Positions 46,988-50,286 of a DNA stretch of 50,286 nt are shown one piece after another. The notes under the pieces are model-generated. The model saw nothing but the letters and a program-made list of their open reading frames with translations. It was not told the DNA's origin and did not search any database. Position numbers and translations under genes: made by a program. Positions within the stretch are counted from its first letter, which is position 1, and every line of letters starts with the position of its first letter. The DNA comes from Candidatus Omnitrophota bacterium (GTDB lineage: Bacteria; Omnitrophota; Gorgyraeia; Duberdicusellales; 4484-171), in assembly GCA_023135905.1 (NCBI GenBank), contig JAGLSE010000047.1, forward strand, positions 1 to 50,286. Reading direction: 5' to 3'.

Positions 46988-47947
46988 TCACTTAAGTCTT
47001 AATGTTTGGTTATATCCTATATATTTTTTTGCTTTTTCTGAACTAAAACAAGCATTCATTTCACAATGCTCTAATATCAATTTAATAATAGGTGATAAAG
47101 GGATACCTCTTCCTAACAAACTTACAGCTTTCAAAGGGAAAAGAGGTATTCTAATAGGCCACAATCTACTATTGATTCGCTTTGAAGCCTTTACCAAATA
47201 ATCTACTATCTTAATATTCTCACCACACAAAAGGTACTCCTCTCCTGCACTTCCTTGTTCTGCCGCTTGTATCATACCTTCCACCAAATCTTGGACAGCA
47301 ACATAATTTATAATTCTGTTTTTATTGCCTACTCGTGCCCTCAAACCTCCGGGTATGCTACCCCCTAAAATTTTCCATAACGACTTTTGCCATTTTTTAA
47401 CCCCTACAGGAAGAGAAGAAGAAAAATCATTAAAATCAATAACCTCAGAGGGATAAACAATAACTATAGGTATAATTTTCTTTGCCTGCCTTACAATTTC
47501 CAAGGCTTCTATTTTTGTTTGGATATAATTATTCTCTGAAAAAGTTTTCTGCACCCAATTCTCGTCTCTTTGAATATTCCCAGTTGATTCAAAAACCATT
47601 GCGGTTGAAACATAAACAATCTTTTTAAGTCCGGAATTCATTGAACAATTTAATATAGATTTAGTCCCTTCCAAATTTACTCTAACAAATTCATCTTTCT
47701 TTCTATCATTGATATTTTGATAAACAGCTAAATGAAACAAATAGTCACATCCTCGTATTTCTTGCTTTATCAAATCCTGGTTTAAAATATCTCCTTTTAC
47801 AAATTGGATATGATCATCCTCTATCAATTGACAACTATCTCTTCGAGTTAAAATCTTAACCTGACAACCCTCAGAAACTAAACGTTTAATTAAATGACGT
47901 CCGATTCGACCTGTTCCACCAGTAACAAAAATATTTTTATATTGCAT
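46988..47947 (-). CDS. NAD-dependent epimerase/dehydratase (extended SDR)
   Basis: 319 aa. The glycine-rich loop is IFVTGGTGRIGRHLIKRLV. An SDR-like body follows (VYVSTAMV, YIQTK with the YxxxK catalytic pair). Confidence 0.8.
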   Translation of the reverse strand: MQYKNIFVTGGTGRIGRHLIKRLVSEGCQVKILTRRDSCQLIEDDHIQFVKGDILNQDLIKQEIRGCDYLFHLAVYQNINDRKKDEFVRVNLEGTKSILNCSMNSGLKKIVYVSTAMVFESTGNIQRDENWVQKTFSENNYIQTKIEALEIVRQAKKIIPIVIVYPSEVIDFNDFSSSLPVGVKKWQKSLWKILGGSIPGGLRARVGNKNRIINYVAVQDLVEGMIQAAEQGSAGEEYLLCGENIKIVDYLVKASKRINSRLWPIRIPLFPLKAVSLLGRGIPLSPIIKLILEHCEMNACFSSEKAKKYIGYNQTLRLK

Positions 47948-47965
47948 AACTATTTATCTATTCTA

Positions 47966-49801
47966 TTATTTAATTCGATAAGTCATTATACTCCCGTCAT
48001 GTTCCTCGGGTTCCCCAATTAATTTTCTTAAATATTTATGCAGACTATATCTAACATCTTCTTCTAATAAATCATTATGTACCACTATATATCTAAAATC
48101 GTAAGTTTTTAATTCATTCAAAGCGCTCCGCTGATCAACCTCAAGAAAAGAAATTGGAGTTGCCAAAGTTCTTTCTAAATAAGCTAAATAATTAACAAAA
48201 ATATTTTTTTTAGCAATATACGGGTACATATCGAATTGAGAAGGGACTGATATACTAAACACACTTTTCTTCCAATGAATAGACTGTCCGAATCCATATT
48301 TACCCTTATAAAAATTCCAATTTTTCATTGGTAATTCTATTATAGCAAAATCATCTTTTTCCTTAGCTAATTCATAGTAAAACTCAGGGACATTTGTATT
48401 AGTCAAAGGCAAAGGATACGGCACCAGAGAGAATAAATTATATTCTAGAAGAATTAAAACAGTTATTATAAAACCTAATCCATAAGAATTGATCCTCTTA
48501 TTACGTTTTAATATACTAACCACACCAAAACCAGCTAGGACAGAAAGACAAAGAAATGTCATATTTATAAAACGCGTAGGACAATTTATTATTCCAAAAA
48601 TAGGAATTAATTTGAAAAATAGCAAATACGGCAAAGGTATAGTATGGCCGAATATTAATACGGGGGTTTTTCCGCTAAAATGCAGATAAGGTCCTAAAGA
48701 CAAAATAAAAAAGAATATGGCAAAATAAATCCAAAGCCTAACTTTACTCTTTTTCTTTGTAAAAACCAAACCTATGAATGTTAATATCAAAACAATATAC
48801 CCTAGATAAACTCCATACGCATAAATTAAGCGATGCTGAGGAAAATTAAGTTTTGAAAATTCAGGATCTACCTGCAATTTCGGTCTGACGTTAAATGGCG
48901 TTGGACGAAAATATTCAATTAGGCTAGAATACTCAATACTCTCAATAAGTTTTAAAGTCGCTTCTGAATGTCTTTTAGCGACTAAATTGTTATCCCCTTT
49001 AAAAGAATTGACAACAGAATAAACAAACGGGCTAATTAATATAGCAAAAAATAAAAATATCAAAATAAACTTTTTAAATATTTCATTCTGCTGGTATTCT
49101 TTCGTTTTTCTCTTAAAAATTATATAATAAAAAAATGTAATACCTATAAACATTGATGCAAATAAGCCCATATACCAAGATGAAACTGCCGTCAAAAAGT
49201 AAAAAAATATCGCTAACGAAAAGTTTTTAGTATACCCTTTTTCTTCCACGGTTTTGAACAAAAAAAGTAAAACGAAAGGGATCCAGGCACTATTCAATAA
49301 ATGATCTGTCCCATTAAAAAGGAATGAAATTCTACATGGCGAAAAACCATAAATAATTCCGCAAACAAAGCCGGCAATTGAACTTCTCGTGAGATATTTG
49401 CCTAAACAATACGCGCTATAGGCTCCCAAATTCAATAAAACTAAAACAACAATATTGTAGGTTACAGTAACATTAAAAATAAGCTGTAACGGCACAGAAA
49501 TAATCGCGTTAAATAAATTCACAATATAAATTTTACCGCCTGGAGGATAACACATATAAGAGGTATAAAAAATATTTTTTCCTTCAAGAACGCACTTTTT
49601 AGCCCAAGAGAATCCCCAAAGGCCAGGCCAAAGATCTGTAGGATAATTCCCTATCGCATAATTTTTAAAATATAAAATTAAAGGGAAAGTTATTATCAAA
49701 GAGATAAAGAAAAAAACGGCTATCGCGAATAATGAGTTTATTGCAGGAAATTTATCTTGACCTTGTTCGCTATTTAAATTATCTTTTAACAACTCTATCA
49801 T
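47966..49801 (-). CDS. Large polytopic membrane protein with C-terminal soluble domain (GT-C/YfhO-like candidate)
   Basis: 611 aa with ~12 TM segments, then a ~130-aa C-terminal hydrophilic domain. I recognise no diagnostic motif with certainty. The architecture and neighbourhood suggest a GT-C enzyme. Confidence 0.4.
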   Translation of the reverse strand: MIELLKDNLNSEQGQDKFPAINSLFAIAVFFFISLIITFPLILYFKNYAIGNYPTDLWPGLWGFSWAKKCVLEGKNIFYTSYMCYPPGGKIYIVNLFNAIISVPLQLIFNVTVTYNIVVLVLLNLGAYSAYCLGKYLTRSSIAGFVCGIIYGFSPCRISFLFNGTDHLLNSAWIPFVLLFLFKTVEEKGYTKNFSLAIFFYFLTAVSSWYMGLFASMFIGITFFYYIIFKRKTKEYQQNEIFKKFILIFLFFAILISPFVYSVVNSFKGDNNLVAKRHSEATLKLIESIEYSSLIEYFRPTPFNVRPKLQVDPEFSKLNFPQHRLIYAYGVYLGYIVLILTFIGLVFTKKKSKVRLWIYFAIFFFILSLGPYLHFSGKTPVLIFGHTIPLPYLLFFKLIPIFGIINCPTRFINMTFLCLSVLAGFGVVSILKRNKRINSYGLGFIITVLILLEYNLFSLVPYPLPLTNTNVPEFYYELAKEKDDFAIIELPMKNWNFYKGKYGFGQSIHWKKSVFSISVPSQFDMYPYIAKKNIFVNYLAYLERTLATPISFLEVDQRSALNELKTYDFRYIVVHNDLLEEDVRYSLHKYLRKLIGEPEEHDGSIMTYRIK

Positions 49802-49855
49802 ACTTTAACTCTATAACTTAGTATTCAAAATGCCCACCGGATAATTTAACTTATT

Positions 49856-50286
49856 TTACTGATTAAAAATTTCTTTTAATATGACATTAGCGACATTCTC
49901 AGCTAACAGCCTATTTCCTTTAGGAGTGCAATGTCCAAAGTCTCCGCCAAACATATCTGTAAAATATTCATTATAATTTGCCTGTTTTAGAACTTCTTTA
50001 AACAGCTCTCCATTATCTACAAAAATAATAGTTCCTTCACTTCCTAGCAAGTTTTTTAATGACTCAACAGAACGTAACGGATATTCCACGCAAACCAATT
50101 TTACCCCTCTCTTTCTTGCAATTTCTTTAAGCTTTTGATAATTATACCGTGTTACGGGATTATAATACCTAAGCCTTATTCTACTTGCCTTTTGAAAATG
50201 CTCTTCTGCTAATTTAAATTTTCCTAACCCCTTATAGCAGTGGGCTAAGGTTATGTCTATTTCATCATTATTTGAGTTTATTTCTA
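49856..50286 (-). CDS. SGNH-TPR hydrolase paralog, C-terminal part (5' end beyond window)
   Basis: The track ORF starts at a TTG (50098), but the frame stays open to the window end. My translation is ...NSNNDEIDITLAHCYKGLGKFKLAEEHFQKASRIRLRYYNPVTRYNYQKLKEIARKRGVKLVCVEYPLRSV...GGDFGHCTPKGNRLLAENVANVILKEIFNQ. It is collinear with the C-terminus of 12212..13927. Confidence 0.8.
   Translation of the reverse strand, partial: EINSNNDEIDITLAHCYKGLGKFKLAEEHFQKASRIRLRYYNPVTRYNYQKLKEIARKRGVKLVCVEYPLRSVESLKNLLGSEGTIIFVDNGELFKEVLKQANYNEYFTDMFGGDFGHCTPKGNRLLAENVANVILKEIFNQ

Noticed and set aside
6677-48689. About 30 short (60-124 aa) ORFs in the supplied track that lie inside larger ORFs, mostly on the opposite strand. 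Examples are 6677-6892, 7768-8001, 9561-9776, 10146-10328, 12696-12926, 14052-14252, 14897-15403, 16139-16453, 16841-17143, 17870-18445, 22325-22884, 23037-23864, 25074-25262, 25683-26303, 27418-27618, 29607-29789, 30490-30738, 31876-32082, 35375-35822, 36364-36558, 37485-37673, 38830-39024, 39171-39398, 40125-40499, 40918-41121, 46929-47201 and 48489-48689.
   Set aside because: All are nested in or antisense to long ORFs with clear family motifs. They have low-complexity AT-driven composition (I/L/F/K/S/N rich) and no recognisable motifs. Such shadow ORFs are expected by chance in AT-poor-stop frames.
1-50286. RiPP (proteusin/polytheonamide-like) interpretation of the many class B radical SAM genes.
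   Set aside because: I could find no plausible precursor peptide gene, leader-type peptidase, ABC/peptidase-domain exporter or RiPP recognition element protein. The neighbours are overwhelmingly sugar-nucleotide, polyprenyl-P and GT-C enzymes. It is kept only as a low-priority check for the 7216-7711 gap.
1-50286. CRISPR arrays, tRNA/rRNA genes, and transposase, integrase or phage genes.
   Set aside because: None were seen. There are no regularly spaced direct repeats of 25-40 bp, no GC-rich cloverleaf-like segments in the gaps and no ORF with DDE, tyrosine- or serine-recombinase motifs. The only mobile-element-like feature is the small palindromic element at 5107-5261.

Overview
This is an AT-rich 50.3-kb window (roughly two-thirds A+T by eye, not computed). 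I see no rRNA, tRNA, CRISPR array, transposase or integrase. I count 37 credible genes, including one decayed pseudogene, and 36 of them are on the minus strand. They form two tightly packed blocks, 50286->20298 and 18675->1, with frequent start/stop overlaps. The blocks are separated by the only plus-strand gene, which encodes a signal-peptide TPR protein, and by a 930-bp non-coding gap.

The dominant feature is an extreme concentration of radical-SAM enzymes. There are 11 paralogous B12-binding-domain radical SAM proteins, one radical SAM/SPASM protein and one small radical SAM protein. Together they cover about 18 kb of coding sequence, over a third of the window. They are interleaved with four other gene sets:
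- Nucleotide-sugar tailoring genes: a Gfo/Idh/MocA oxidoreductase, a hexapeptide acyltransferase, a DegT-type aminotransferase, a UDP-GlcNAc 2-epimerase-family protein, an SDR epimerase/dehydratase and an AsnB-type amidotransferase.
- A polyprenyl-phosphate/Arn-like export-side module: a DPM1/ArnC-like GT2, an ArnD-like deacetylase, up to five GT-C-type membrane proteins and an ICMT-family membrane methyltransferase.
- A family of membrane-anchored SGNH hydrolases with a TPR array inserted between the catalytic blocks. There are four copies, one decayed and one partial.
- A PP-loop ATPase and a tandem pair of U32-family (UbiU/UbiV-like) proteins.

My reading is inference. The locus looks like an uncharacterised anaerobic pathway that builds and heavily radical-modifies (C-methylation, other alkylation, oxidation) a lipid-linked amino-sugar glycoconjugate of the cell envelope. 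A membrane-lipid tailoring role cannot be excluded.

The non-coding gaps also hold structure:
- A dyad-symmetric array of four boxes with flanking 10-bp direct repeats at about 5107-5261.
- A near-consensus promoter, a GC-rich patch and a perfect 30-bp palindrome at 19350-19525.
- A 496-bp gap (7216-7711) containing only short ORFs.

All family calls come from reading motifs in the translations. No database search was run.
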